A DNA stretch of 63,686 nucleotides, filler included, from Octopus bimaculoides (GCF_001194135.2; 7 parts of 7 records of this genome joined end to end with filler, not necessarily neighbours in it), one strand, 5' to 3'. Shown: positions 13,164 through 26,469, numbered from the whole stretch's first letter. Program-made: numbers and translations. Notes: a model not told the origin generated them from the letters alone.

Positions 13164-14718
13164 CGATACTAGCTATGTTCTTACCGGTGCTTTGGTTGCT
13201 GGTATGTTGTTTTTTTCTCTTTTTTTTCTTTTTTTTTTTCCACTTCGTAGTTAATCGCAGCTATTAATGATACCGTAACGGATTACAGACTTCTCTTCCA
13301 AAGCAGCACCATCAGCACCGCTACCAACACCACTATCTATATGACGTTGGCCCCCAACCCTATCCCCACTATACAAACCCGTATCATCACCAACTGCTTT
13401 AACACCACAACCACAGCTATCAATCTCCTTAACACCATCACGATCACCATTAGCATCTTAAGCACCGCCACTTCCAAAACCCTCGTTGCTTAACAAGAAA
13501 ACGGTGACTGTTAGTGTTTTTCTTCTGTTAATTTGTGTTTCTTTTGCTATTAATTTTCTTCAGGTTTTCCCGTTGTACTTTCAAATATTTACTTATTATT
13601 CATTCAACCTCTTCAGCGTAAATCACCGTCTTAACACCTTCTAGTTTTGTTTGTATTTAGCTGCTCATGGTGTTGCAATTATTATTATTATTGTTGTCTA
13701 TTGCATTAAAGGTGACAAAGATTCTATTTAGGAAAAAAAACATCTAGTTGTTAGACGTACATGAAAAAATCAGGGAAAAGTGCAAAGCTAAACAGATATT
13801 CGGCACAAAAATAAGTAAATGCAATAAAGAGAATAACATAATAAAAAAATAATATAACCAATGACATAAAAAAAAAAATCCGAGGTGGACAAAGAATAAA
13901 ACAAAAACTTCAAGTCGTATCGTCTATACCTGTCAAAACCCCACCCATATCCTGTTTTGCTGTGTTTTCTTCCATTGGTTTGTCTATCTATATCCTTGTT
14001 CTATCTTCGCTTTAGGTTCGTTTTTCATAACTTCTCTTGCTTGCTTAATGTTGCCTTCCAATCCTCTTTTTACAAAGATTTATTACCGTTGAACGCCAAC
14101 GACTTCCTGGCCCTCGAGCCAACGAGTGAGTCTCTACGTGGTCGAGTGACTTGTTAGAAATAACTTTTTCAAACTTCTCAGAATTATACTACCCTTATCG
14201 TCATAGTGATGGATGAGTTTGAATGACGTGGTTTTGGGAGTTCCGAGCACGCAATAAAATGACAGGGAGGGTGGTTGCAACTAGAATNNNNNNNNNNNNN
14301 NNNNNNNNNNNNNNNNNNNNNNNNNNNNNNNNNNNNNNNNNNNNNNNNNNNNNNNNNNNNNNNNNNNNNNNNNNNNNNNNNNNNNNNNNNNNNNNNNNNN
14401 NNNNNNNNNNNNNNNNNNNNNNNNNNNNNNNNNNNNNNNNNNNNNNNNNNNNNNNNNNNNNNNNNNNNNNNNNNNNNNNNNNNNNNNNNNNNNNNNNNNN
14501 NNNNNNNNNNNNNNNNNNNNNNNNNNNNNNNNNNNNNNNNNNNNNNNNNNNNNNNNNNNNNNNNNNNNNNNNNNNNNNNNNNNNNNNNNNNNNNNNNNNN
14601 NNNNNNNNNNNNNNNNNNNNNNNNNNNNNNNNNNNNNNNNNNNNNNNNNNNNNNNNNNNNNNNNNNNNNNNNNNNNNNNNNNNNNNNNNNNNNNNNNNNN
14701 NNNNNNNNNNNNNNNCTC

Positions 14719-14765
<47 letters not shown>

Positions 14766-14937
14766 ATCTCTCCCTCTCTCTCCCTCCCTCTTTCTCTCTC
14801 TTACACACACACACACACGCACACTAACACATCTGGAAGCTCTGTCAATATGACTCGGCTTCGTCGCGCCTTGCTCTTAAAGTAATATTGTTTTGGCTCT
14901 CTGCCACAACATGCAATACACGCTGGCATCACACAAG

Positions 14938-14979
<42 letters not shown>

Positions 14980-14989
14980 NNNNNNNNNN

Positions 14990-15029
<40 letters not shown>

Positions 15030-15558
15030 CGGCCGACATCATCACCATTCTCACTATCATCATCATCATCATCATCAGTCACAACACGTTCACTCCCCTA
15101 CGCTTCTAAGAACTCCCGACCAGATTCCGTCTAACCAACCACTTTTCTTTTTCACAATCGTTGTTTCTACAACTCCAGCTTTCGTTACGCCATTGCATGT
15201 TACACACGCGTACAAACATACGTAAGTTGTATGTGTTTATGAACGTATATATATATATATATATATATTTGCATAAAATACATGAGCTACACATGTACCC
15301 GCTTTGTAATTATGTCGTACTTGATATCTGCAGATTACATTGCTGTTAGGTTACTTGGGTTCCTGTTCTGTTTTTCTTGCTGTAAGCCCCCCCCCCCCAC
15401 CGTATCACCTTTTTTCTTCTTCTCAAACCTTAACCTTACGTTTAATGTAACTGTTGACTCTTTATCTTAACAGCATACCGACATGGTACCGTCGTGTTCA
15501 TCTGGGACTAACGTACATGTGTGTGTCTGCCTGGTGAGACTACTTACTGTTAAGACTT

Positions 15559-15599
<41 letters not shown>

Positions 15600-15611
<12 letters not shown>

Positions 15612-15830
15612 CAGGCATATATATATATATATATATATACATACAGGCATATATATATATATGCATACATACAGGCATATATATATATATATATGCATAC
15701 ATACAGGCATATATATATATATGCATACAGGCATATATATATATACACACACATACAGGCATATATATATACACACATACATATATACATACAGGCATAT
15801 ACATATATACACACATAGAGGCATATATAT
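15600..15830. repeat. Compound minisatellite [ACAGGC+(AT)n], about 8 units
   Basis: ACAGGC at 15611, 15643, 15671, 15703, 15727, 15755 and 15791; AGAGGC at about 15817. Confidence 0.9.
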
Positions 15831-16033
15831 ATACACACACACACACACGTATATACAATTAATTAAAGCATGTGTGCACGCTTGCCTGCATGTGTGTGTG
15901 CGTGTTTGCGTGCGTGCGTGCGTGCGTCTGTTTAGTCTAAAGACATGTTTGTTCCATTATTCCCCAGTGGAAAGTTGTTTTTACATTTCCTCTGCGGATG
16001 GAAGAATTGTTTGTTTAAATAAGATAAAAAGAA

Positions 16034-16085
<52 letters not shown>

Positions 16086-16170
16086 NNNNNNNNNNNNNNN
16101 NNNNNNNNNNNNNNNNNNCATAAGAATCAAACAAGGAATGCGATGATTTTCTCATGTGCGCGTAGAAGCA

Positions 16171-16204
<34 letters not shown>

Positions 16205-16611
16205 CGGTAAAATGATTTGTAGAAGTCTCAAAATAAGCAAGAATATTCAATGCAATAAATAAAATGAAGCATATGTATTAGTAAGGGCCTGATATGGTCC
16301 TAGAAAAATGTTTTTTGAAGTTTCATACTTAGGTTATTTCGAGCAATCGACGGACGATGTCGCAACATCTGTTTCCCTACAGAAATTCAGGGATTTGTCA
16401 TCGCATCGTTGGTTGACTGTAAAAAATAAAAAAAGGAAAAACAAAGTATGAAGCTCCGAGTAACGATGTTCTAGATCGGAGTTCATACGACCCTTGGGAA
16501 TCCTCCAATAAATTGATTATATTTCTATACTGCACAAAATATTTCAGCAATTTTTAAAATATAATTTCTTATACTTTATTATATGAATAGCTTGTTGTAT
16601 CTGTTTTCTTT

Positions 16612-16985
16612 TTTTTACTTATTTCAGTCATTTGAGTGTGGCCATGCTGAGGCACTGCCTTGAGGGTGTTTTAGTCGAATATATCGACTTTTTCTAAGCC
16701 TAGTACTTATTTTATCGCTCTTTTTTGCCGAACAGCTAAGTTACGGGGAAGTAAACACACCGACAACAGTTGTCAAGCGGTGGCGGTGGGGGGACCCCCA
16801 CATGTCTATCTATCTATCTATATATATATATATACACGACGGGCTTGTATCAGTTTCCGTCTGCCAAATCCACTCGCAAGGCCTTGATCGGCCCGAGGCT
16901 ATAGTTGAAGACTCTTACCCAAGTGGGACTGAACTTGGAACTATGTGGTTGGGAAGAAAGCTCTTTACCGCACAGTCACGCCTGA
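16612..16985 (-). mobile_element. SINE family B copy
   Basis: Reverse complement of the family-B modules, with a small deletion in the head. Confidence 0.9.
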
Positions 16986-17545
16986 TTTTGTTTTTAAATT
17001 CCAAAATGGGTAGGAGGGTGCATTCGAGTAAAATAAGAATCGAAGAGGTCCATAAGTAAGAATTGGTTGAGAATCACTGCTCTGGACTGTACAGAACCAT
17101 ATCAACTCAAATACGCACACTGCGGTTGATGTCAGATATGGTTTTATGATACGACACAATTTTGTATAGCTGAATGATTGTTTATTGAACGATGGTGATG
17201 ATGGTGGCAGAATGAGGTGTAATCGATGAATTGGTGTAAGGTGAAAAGACCAGATGTTATGGAAATAGTTTTGCCAGGCTAAAGGCTGGACTAGTAAGCA
17301 GAGAAAGAATCTAAAGAGCGGACAATAGAAAAATGGTGAGATGCGGTTAAAGAATAGACAATGGAAAAGTGATGTGCGGTTAGTGGTTTAAAGACGAAAC
17401 AATATGGGTAGGGGGGAGAGTGTTGGAGGGTGTTGGCGGTGTAATATGAGGGCAATGGGGGGGGGAGTGAGAACTGGGACATTGGGCTAAAGACCGGACA
17501 AAAGGAGAAAGATGAAATATTGCCTTTAAAAATAATGAATAAACA

Positions 17546-17645
17546 NNNNNNNNNNNNNNNNNNNNNNNNNNNNNNNNNNNNNNNNNNNNTTAATTAATTA
17601 ANNNNNNNNNNNNNNNNNNNNNNNNNNNNNNNNNNNNNNNNNNNN
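17546..17645. other. Synthetic scaffold join N44-TTAATTAATTAA-N44 (assembly artefact)
   Basis: Exactly 100 bp. Identical joins at 24181-24280, 29245-29344, 39496-39595, 45864-45963 and 48004-48103. Confidence 0.95.
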
Positions 17646-17699
17646 GTTCAATCTCTTTACTCGGATTCTGAGTTCAAATATCTCTAAAAACCAATTCAG

Positions 17700-17866
17700 A
17701 CAGACAGACATAAAAATAGCTAGCCAGATAGATAGATAGATAGATAGATAGAAATACAGACGTACATACATAGACAAATAGACAGACATACATACAGATA
17801 GACAAACAGACAGACAGACAGATAAACAGACACACAGACAGATAGATAGATAGATAGATAGATAGG

Positions 17867-17898
<32 letters not shown>

Positions 17899-17899
17899 A

Positions 17900-17930
<31 letters not shown>

Positions 17931-17945
17931 TAGATAGATAATACA
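17700..17945. repeat. (GACA)n/(GATA)n microsatellite
   Basis: Direct inspection. Confidence 0.95.
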
Positions 17946-18740
17946 AAGAGATCGATATTTAGAGTTTCGGTATGTGTAAAAACAGATTAATCTTCAGTCA
18001 CTAATAATACCATTCTGGTCAAAACTGTATTAACCAGATGACCATCACTATCATGTGTTTAGCTTTGCTCTCTGTGGTTATCTTATTTTCTCTCGCTCTA
18101 TCTCTTCTTTTTTTCGCCCCCTTTTTTCATTTCTTTTTTTTTTTTTTTTTTGTAATCCAGCCTCTAATCTCTCGTTCACGCAGGTGTTGAGTTTCTTTTC
18201 ATTTTAAATATAAAATTGTTTCGTAATAAGTAGATATATTTAAAATTTACGTGCATGTAAGTGTGTGTGTGTGTGTGTNNNNNNNNNNNNNNNNNNNNNN
18301 NNNNNNNNNNNNNNNNNNNNNNNNNNNNNNNNNNNNNNNNNNNNNNNNNNNNNNNNNNNNNNNNNNNNNNNNNNNNNNNNNNNNNNNNNNNNNNNNNNNN
18401 NNNNNNNNNNNNNNNNNNNNNNNNNNNNNNNNNNNNNNNNNNNNNNNNNNNNNNNNNNNNNNNNNNNNNNNNNNNNNNNNNNNNNNNNNNNNNNNNNNNN
18501 NNNNNNNNNNNNNNNNNNNNNNNNNNNNNNNNNNNNNNNNNNNNNNNNNNNNNNNNNNNNNNNNNNNNNNNNNNNNNNNNNNNNNNNNNNNNNNNNNNNN
18601 NNNNNNNNNNNNNNNNNNNNNNNNNNNNNNNNNNNNNNNNNNNNNNNNNNNNNNNNNNNNNNNNNNNNNNNNNNNNNNNNNNNNNNNNNNNNNNNNNNNN
18701 NNNNNNNNNNNNNNNNNNNNNNNNNNNNNNNNNNNNNNNN

Positions 18741-18895
18741 GTTTATGTCCCCGTCACTTAGCGGTTCGGCAAAAAAGACCGATAGAATAAGTACTAGGCT
18801 TACAAAGAATAAGTCCCGGGGTCGATTTGCTCGACTAAAGGCGGTGCTCCAGCATGGCCGCAGTCAAACGACTGAAACAAGTAAAAGAGTAAAAG

Positions 18896-18896
<1 letters not shown>
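18741..18896 (+). mobile_element. SINE family B 3' half (apparently little decayed), running into (GATA)n
   Basis: CTTAGCGGTTCGGCAAAA..GATAGAATAAGTACTAGGCTTACAAAGAATAAGTCCCGGGGTCGATTTGCTCGACTAAAGGCGGTGCTCCAGCATGGCCGCAGTC. Confidence 0.9.
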
Positions 18897-18934
<38 letters not shown>

Positions 18935-19262
18935 ATCATACGTCCATAAAACCATATATGCATAATTGGAATGTGTGAGAATGTGTTTGACATGAAATGT
19001 TAACATTTTTCAATGAATCTTTACCAAATTTCTTGTGGATATCAAAATGCTTCCCAGAAAAACGTATCAAGAAACCAAATCTCGTGTTCAAGGTCTGCTT
19101 TGGGGTAAAACAGGACTGCACCAGGAAATGAGGTGCAGGGAGACTGGAAGTCGTAATGGAATAGCTCAGAAAACCTGTCAGTCAATCTTGTCAAATTGAC
19201 ATGACAAACTGACAATGGTTCTCTCACCTTCAGTCTCTCTTTAACATTCTCTCCCTCCCTCC

Positions 19263-19293
<31 letters not shown>

Positions 19294-19514
19294 CTCCCTC
19301 TCTCTTTCTCTCTCTCTCTCTCTCTCGCTCTAACTCATTTTATGTAGTTATACCTATATATACATATGCTTTTGTGTGTGTGAAATGTGTTCGCAAGTGT
19401 GTGTATCTGTGTCTGTATCTGTGTCTGTGTGTGTGTGTGTGTGTGTGTGAGTGTGGGTGCACGTGTATATGTGTGTGTGTGTATCTTGCCCCCAGTTACA
19501 GAGATATCTTTTTT

Positions 19515-19720
19515 TCTTTTTTCCTTTACTTGTTTCAGTTATTTGACTGCAACCATGCTGGGGCACCGCTTTAAATGGTGTTAGTCGAACAAATCGACCC
19601 CAGGACTTATTCTTCTGTAAGCCTAGTACTTACTCTATCGGAGTCTTTTGCTGAACCGCTATGTTACAGGGACATAAATATACCAGCATCGGTTGTCAAG
19701 CGATGACGGGAGGGCAAACA

Positions 19721-19778
<58 letters not shown>

Positions 19779-19855
19779 CACACACATATATATATATATA
19801 CACATATATATAGATATATACACAGACATACAGACAGACAGACAGACAGACAGAC

Positions 19856-19924
<69 letters not shown>

Positions 19925-20060
19925 TACGACGGGCTTCTTCCAGTTTCCGTCTACCAAATCCACTCACAAGGCTTTAGTCGGCCCGAAGCTATAGTAGAAG
20001 ACACTTACTCAAGGTGCCATGCAGTGGGACTGAACCCAGAACCATGTGGTTTGGAAGCAA
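19515..20060 (-). mobile_element. SINE family B with expanded internal (CA)(TA)(GACA)(GATA) array
   Basis: Both conserved modules flank about 230 bp of compound microsatellite. Confidence 0.9.
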
Positions 20061-20169
20061 TCAAGCATGGTCTGAGAGCGATATATAAAATTTAGGTATG
20101 AAACAATGAAATAATTCCCATGTATTTTAAACTGCGTACTAATTTGTTGAAGATATGATTTTTAAATGA

Positions 20170-21830
20170 GAAACTTTGATAACATATTCAAATTTACCGC
20201 CCCTGCAGAATGTTCATGGTACAATCCCACTGCAGGGCCCCATAAACAGCTGTTTGGTATCACTGTACAAGGTTCAGCAAAGTGTGCCAGAGGCAGTGTC
20301 TCTTGGAACAATACTTTCGAAGATGCTGCAGTCTCACATTCTCAAGTTCAGCAAAAGTAAAATACAAAAAGCAAGAAACATAGTGGACTGTATGGTATTT
20401 TTAATAAGTTAGCCTCCTCCATGTATGACCTAACCACTAATACATATCGGAAGTACAATACAGTCCATTTAAGGCAAGAATATTGAAGTGTGTAGCGTGC
20501 TAGTTCCAACGCAAACACTTAGCCGAGGGGACCCTTCATGAAACTTGAGCGTATATGCATTCTTTGCTCTACATTTTAAAAAGTTTATATAATGATCAAA
20601 CGTGTGGTGGCCACTGACTAAGAAGGAACAGCTTTCCTTGATATCTCTGGTGGAACAGTAAAACATTTTTATCAACCTGATGTTGGTAAACTGCTATTGT
20701 AGGGATCTTATCCGGAATAGGAATAGCCATAACTTAGTTCACACGTGATAAGACTATTCCTTCCACTTTAAAGCTACCACTCAAATTTGTACGCAAAGCA
20801 GACTTGATTGCAGTACTGAGAAAGTATCTAGGCAGTATCAATACTGAAAAAGTTCTAAGGCTGGCCACGCTGAACGTATGAAATAACTGTACAATGTCTC
20901 GAAGGTTTGTATGTGAGACTTTTAATTGCATCTTACAAAACGTCAGAGGAAACGCTAACATCATTTCTTGAGTCTCATTCTTATTCACTGGTGATTTCAA
21001 GCACTCTACCAGCCTCTCAGAAAGATACACCTGTTGATGAGCTGACAGCATATCTCAAAGAATCCTGTATTAGGGAGAATTTCACTTTTCTACGATTATG
21101 AGTTGCACTTTATAGATATTTTAATAACCTTGTTTGCAGATATTTTACTTCAAATGGGAGTATTGGTCAGCTACACCAGCTGACACTCAAAGCAGAACAA
21201 TCATCCCATCTCAAGGCATAGTAAACGCTATTGAAAGTTTGCTCATAATCGCTTAAAGAATTATAGCAACCACAAGTGGATTTATAAAGATCTATCGTTG
21301 ATCCCCAAAATCATCATTAAACAAGTACCAGCTCATTCCAGGTGGTACTAGTCGGTTCTCGCATGGGACGGTGTTAACAATGCTACAAACTATGTACCAA
21401 ATATATTTTGTTTCTCTTCGACACGCTGGAAGTCCTCTTCACAATATACAGCTGAAAGACAGAACACGCATTATGTTTCTATGATATTAAAATGCATCAC
21501 AACTCATTAGCAGTACTTGACTAACCGTCAAGATTGTTATGCTCATGAAAGCTTATGACTTGGGTGATGTTTTCATGTCACGTATCCTCTGCATCCTATC
21601 AGATATGCAACGTTAGTTATAAGTATTCAGCTTACTGTCTTCATATGTCATCCTCAATATGAATCACAGTCCATCAGCGATAAAATAAACAAGTTAATCT
21701 TTGTCTCTTAGTCAGCTCAGTATTGTATGTCAAGAAGATATATTTTCATCAGTGCACCGAACTGCAGAACAAGAGAAGTACTATGCTCTTGTTGAAGAGA
21801 AGTACGAGTTCTTGTTGAATAAACATATTT
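20170..21830 (+). mobile_element. Decayed hAT (Ac/ZBED-type) transposase fossil
   Basis: Colinear motif remnants across frames: SHIL (CxxH region), KARNIV, STF..MIKRV, LRKYLGSINTEKVLRLATL (LATxLDPR-like), DELTAYLKE, and LCLLVSSV..EDIFSS..LLNK (dimerisation domain). Many stops and frameshifts; aligned by eye. Confidence 0.5.
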
Positions 21831-22179
21831 CTCTTAGAACTGATTTTGTGTAATGTATTAAATATCAATTTAGAATTACGAGAAAATGAATAAATTAAAA
21901 CATAACAACACTACTTGCTTAAATTGCAAAAAAAAATATCAATGAACACAGTCTCAAGAATTATACAGTTCACAGAAACCTGGAAACTATAAACATGTTT
22001 CTTCTTTACTATAAATATGATTATGCAAATATAAGAGCATTTTAAAATAATTACATAAATTCTTGCTATAAATAAGGTATATAAGTGTAACAAAACCATT
22101 TTCATATGTTCTGTACCCGAGCAATGGTGCTCGTATACGCATACATGAACACACACACAGACATATGTATATGCATATA

Positions 22180-22254
<75 letters not shown>

Positions 22255-22656
22255 GCACACATACACACATATAAACACATTCACATATATGTATGTATGC
22301 ATGTATGCATACATGTATGTGTATGTATACAGGCCACTTGTGAGGTCTCTCATGAGTGCTACTGCTAACATGGAATACATTACAACCTGCTGCATGAGCG
22401 GGTCGTCGGTAACAAAACTGGCACTCCCACTAGGCATGCCTGGTAAGGACGGTTACAAGAAACCCAACAGGACTTTTAAAAAAATCTTTCAAAAAGACGA
22501 ATGAACCTAGTGTAGATTCGACAACTATCCAGTAGTAGCATGGGTCCTCGGAAATTCCGGGTTGGTGTCTGGTGAGCTGTAAGACAATGAGAATGAGTAG
22601 CTTTTGTTAAAGCGTTTCTCTAGGAGAGGATCATTTTGATATAGAACCGGCTACGT

Positions 22657-22941
22657 GAAGGCGCGTGGCTTAGTGGTTAGGGCATTCGATTCACGATTGT
22701 AAAATCGTGAGTTCAATTCCCGGCGACGCGTTGTGTCCATGAGCAAGACACTATTTCATGTTGCTCTAGTCCATTCAGCTGGCAAAAATGAGTTGTACCT
22801 GTACTTCAAAGAGCCAGCCATGTCACACTCTGTGTCACTCTGAATCTCCCTGGATAAACGTGTCTGTGGATTGCTCAGCCACTTGCACGTTAATTTCACG
22901 TATCAGCTGGGGCTCTCGTCGTCGTAACCGACGGAGTGCTC
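22657..22941 (+). mobile_element. Full-length tRNA-derived SINE, family D, with 17-bp target-site duplication
   Basis: A-box TGGCTTAGTGG, B-box GTTCAATTCC, CORE/V-like GTGTCCATGAGCAAGACAC. Flanks are TATAGAACCGGCTACGT (22640-22656) and TATAAAACCGGGTACGT (22942-22958). Confidence 0.85.
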
Positions 22942-23391
22942 TATAAAACCGGGTACGTAGGGAATAGCATTAAACATTTTGGGAATCTTTTGCTTGCGCT
23001 TCAGAACAGAGTGCTCCTACATTCATATAGCCTGCGACCCCTATTGGCACTGGATATCTTGTCCTAGATCTTGTCAGTAGAGTGAGAGGGTCTGTTAGGC
23101 ATATCGCCAGCCATATTGGACCTTAAATTTTAAGTTTTTAGGTCATTCAAAGCGAGGTGTCTATCCGATGCCTGGTCAAGTAGAGGGGTGGTGCAGCGAA
23201 CATGGAAGCCGCAGGTGCAAACTCGGGTGAAGCCGACTGCTGATACATTGACCTCATGCATGGCCATTGCTGGCATTTTACAAGGACAATAGTCAATGGT
23301 GGTCTTCTGCGCAACATCAGCATCACTATGTATATACGTTTATATAAACGTATGTATATGTGTGCATATATATATATATACAAGCATATAC

Positions 23392-23426
<35 letters not shown>

Positions 23427-24350
23427 TCTATGTATGTATGTTGGTAGGTAGGTAGGTTGGTAGGTATATAATTATTGTGGGGATAATAGTAATAATGTAT
23501 CCCCTCCCACGTGACGAGTGGTATGTGCAAATCGCCATAAATAAGGTGATGTCGGTCAGTATAAACAGAGAGTACGAAATAGACTGTCATAGGTAGTCGT
23601 GGTCTTACTTGTTATATATACTGTTATATCAGAGTGTGGGTTGTGACAATTCGACATTAAGGATTACAACAATAATTAATAGCGACAGAAGCAGTATTAA
23701 TATCAAAACGTAATATTTATCACTTAAAATCGCAGTTGCGTTAGAACACAAAATACTGCTTTATTTTTCCAAGAGAGGATCCCTCATAAAGCCGCCACAT
23801 AGTGGTCGGTTCTCGCCCGCCGTCGACATGAACGAGTGCATTTATATGTCACAATGCCACAAGTCCATAAGAGAGCTCCTCTCTTGGTAAATAACGCTCA
23901 AATCCATACCAACTTTTGATATACATACATATATATATGTTAATTCTCTAAATGAAGTATTAACAGTAACTGCACGATAAAGTGTATTATATTGCCACTT
24001 AAGTGTGGCTGACCCCTAGGGGTGGATGTTACTGTTGCTTTTAGCCCCAGGAGGACATCTCCTCCAGCTGGCTTATCGACACACGACTGTGTCCTGTTTG
24101 CCAAGGGAAGTTATCCCTCTCACCTCGGTCTGCAGCACGAACGTATCCGGATTTCAGGGTTATTTCCCTTCGTCGGCGTTNNNNNNNNNNNNNNNNNNNN
24201 NNNNNNNNNNNNNNNNNNNNNNNNTTAATTAATTAANNNNNNNNNNNNNNNNNNNNNNNNNNNNNNNNNNNNNNNNNNNNATAATATATATATATATATA
24301 AATATAAATATATATATATAATATAATATAATATATATATATATATATAT

Positions 24351-25191
24351 ACTAGCTGACGTTCCTGGTAATTCCCAGGAAAGCAGGGCTTATCCCTTGG
24401 TTCCGTTCTCATAAATGTTTCGCTAATCCAATAACAACAATACAAAGTACATGGCCCTTAAAATGGTTTTTATGCATTTACAGAGAATACCCAACTATCT
24501 TACGCAGGATCTTGTTTTTAGGAATTCCCAATAAGTTATGAATACCCAAATTGTGAAGTCAGTTATGTTAATAACATGAAGTTAGTTTCCCGATAGTAAG
24601 AATTCATATAAAGTAGCCCCGAAAAGGGCTTTAATGCATTCCAAGAGTATATAGAACTTAGGAGGAATACTAATAAGGTATGTATACTAAAATCGTAAAG
24701 CATGTTACGTAATAACAGGCTAATCAGATATGAGATAATAACAATTCAAAATAAATGACTCTGAAAAGGGCTTTTGTGCGTTCACAAAGAATATTACTCT
24801 CAGCGGCGCTAGTGTTGGTATATTCGTGAATAAGTAAGTGGATCTATTGTTCAGGAAAATACTATTTACTTGTTTAAAGGTTGTACTGGATAAATTGTGA
24901 AAATAATTCTAACAGTTCAAGTACTAAGAAATAAGCCTACTTAACTTCATTTTTACCAAATAATTTAGGAAAATGAATGGGTTATTTCCCTTGGCTATAT
25001 ATATAAGGACCCCTTCCAGAGGCCCTATTATCGATTTTTTCAACAATCTAAGTATGTCACTAAGTTTCGAGACTGAGTTCTACTCACGTGTCAAGCTTCA
25101 TAAAAATCGATAAAACGATGTAGGAAGAGTTAGTTAACAAACCCACAAACAAACACACCCACAGACAGAAATGTCCACATATGTAATAGAT
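24351..25191 (+). mobile_element. Non-autonomous Helitron-like (Lep1/HINE-type) element with internal tandem repeats of about 150 bp
   Basis: Starts ACTAGCTG, followed by hairpin TTCCTGG-taattc-CCAGGAA. Three degenerate repeats at 24453, 24616 and 24757. 3' region AAGCTTCATAAAAATCG..(ACAA/ACAG)n..AATAGAT. Confidence 0.55.
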
Positions 25192-25193
25192 AC

Positions 25194-25356
25194 CACGGGC
25201 TTCTTTCAGTTTCTGTCTACTAGATCCACTCACAAGGTTTTGGCCGGCCAGAGTCGATAGTAGAAGACACTTGTCCAAGGTGCCATGCACTGGGACTGAA
25301 ACTGGAACCATGTGGTTACGAAGTCAACTTCTGAACCACATAGCCACGACTGCGCT
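25194..25356 (-). mobile_element. SINE family B 5' half, directly abutting the Helitron-like element
   Basis: CACGGGCTTCTTTCAGTTTC..CACTCACAAGG..CTTGTCCAAGGTGCC..GGACTGAAAC..CCACATAGCCAC. Confidence 0.85.
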
Positions 25357-25539
25357 TAGCTTCTTACCACACAGCCAGCAGTTGTTGCACTTCCAGCTGT
25401 CCTCATTACTGTTGATGGTCTCCTCCTGCAGTTGGTACTTTAATTGTTGTAGCTAAATGTTGTCTGTTGGAGATAGTGTCATTTTTCTTATTGACGTTGG
25501 AATTATGCGAGATAAGAGAAGTGAGCGAAGAAGAGAGGA

Positions 25540-25601
25540 GAGGCGGGAGAGAGAGAGAGTGGAGGAGAGAGAGAGAGAGAGAGAGTGGAGGAGAGAGAGT
25601 G

Positions 25602-25633
<32 letters not shown>

Positions 25634-26165
25634 NNNNNNNNNNNNNNNNNNNNNNNNNNNNNNNNNNNNNNNNNNNNNNNNNNNNNNNNNNNNNNNNNNN
25701 NNNNNNNNNNNNNNNNNNNNNNNNNNNNNNNNNNNNNNNNNNNNNNNNNNNNNNNNNNNNNNNNNNNNNNNNNNNNNNNNNNNNNNNNNNNNNNNNNNNN
25801 NNNNNNNNNNNNNNNNNNNNNNNNNNNNNNNNNNNNNNNNNNNNNNNNNNNNNNNNNNNNNNNNNNNNNNNNNNNNNNNNNNNNNNNNNNNNNNNNNNNN
25901 NNNNNNNNNNNNNNNNNNNNNNNNNNNNNNNNNNNNNNNNNNNNNNNNNNNNNNNNNNNNNNNNNNNNNNNNNNNNNNNNNNNNNNNNNNNNNNNGGAGG
26001 AGAGAGAGTGGAGGAGAGAGAGAGAGTGAAGGAGAGAGAGAGAGGAGGAGAGAGAGAGAGAGAGTGAAGGAGAGAGAGTGAAGGAGAGAGAGTGAAGGAG
26101 AGAGAGTGAAGGAGAGAGAGAGAGAGGAGGAGAGAGAGAGAGTAGAGGAGATAGAGAGGAAAGGA
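25540..26165. repeat. GA-rich array with GAGAGAGTG(G/A)AG units, gapped
   Basis: Direct inspection. Confidence 0.9.
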
Positions 26166-26469
26166 AGAGGAGAGAAATAAGTAAATTATTCAAATGTAAA
26201 TATTAGCCAATGAACGCAAAGGTTACTTCCTTGACCAGATATGGTGTTAGTTCATTTAAACTTGCTGATAATAAACGTAAGAGGCGGGGTTAGTGGTGGT
26301 GCTGGTGGCGTTGGTTGTGCTGATGGTGGTTGTGCTGGTAGTAGTGGTGGTAGTGGGTGCTGGTGGTTCGGTTTAGTGGTGGTAGAGATGGTAGTGACTG
26401 GTGGCGGTAGTGGTGGTGGTGGTTTCGTGTAATAGTGAACAATGGTGGTTGAAATGGCGCAGGAGCCAC

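Noticed and set aside
17590-17601. TTAATTAATTAA as a conserved palindromic or homeodomain site
   Set aside because: Always centred in exactly 44+44 N, so it is an assembly linker.
22657-22730. tRNA gene calls for SINE heads (also 5255-5327 and 11296-11365)
   Set aside because: A and B boxes are present but there is no complete cloverleaf, and each continues into a repeated SINE body.
23147-23330. Open minus-strand frames resembling a LINE endonuclease (TIDY/VLVK..SDRH) or an exon
   Set aside because: Only two weak motifs, needing a frameshift; no convincing splice sites or family match.
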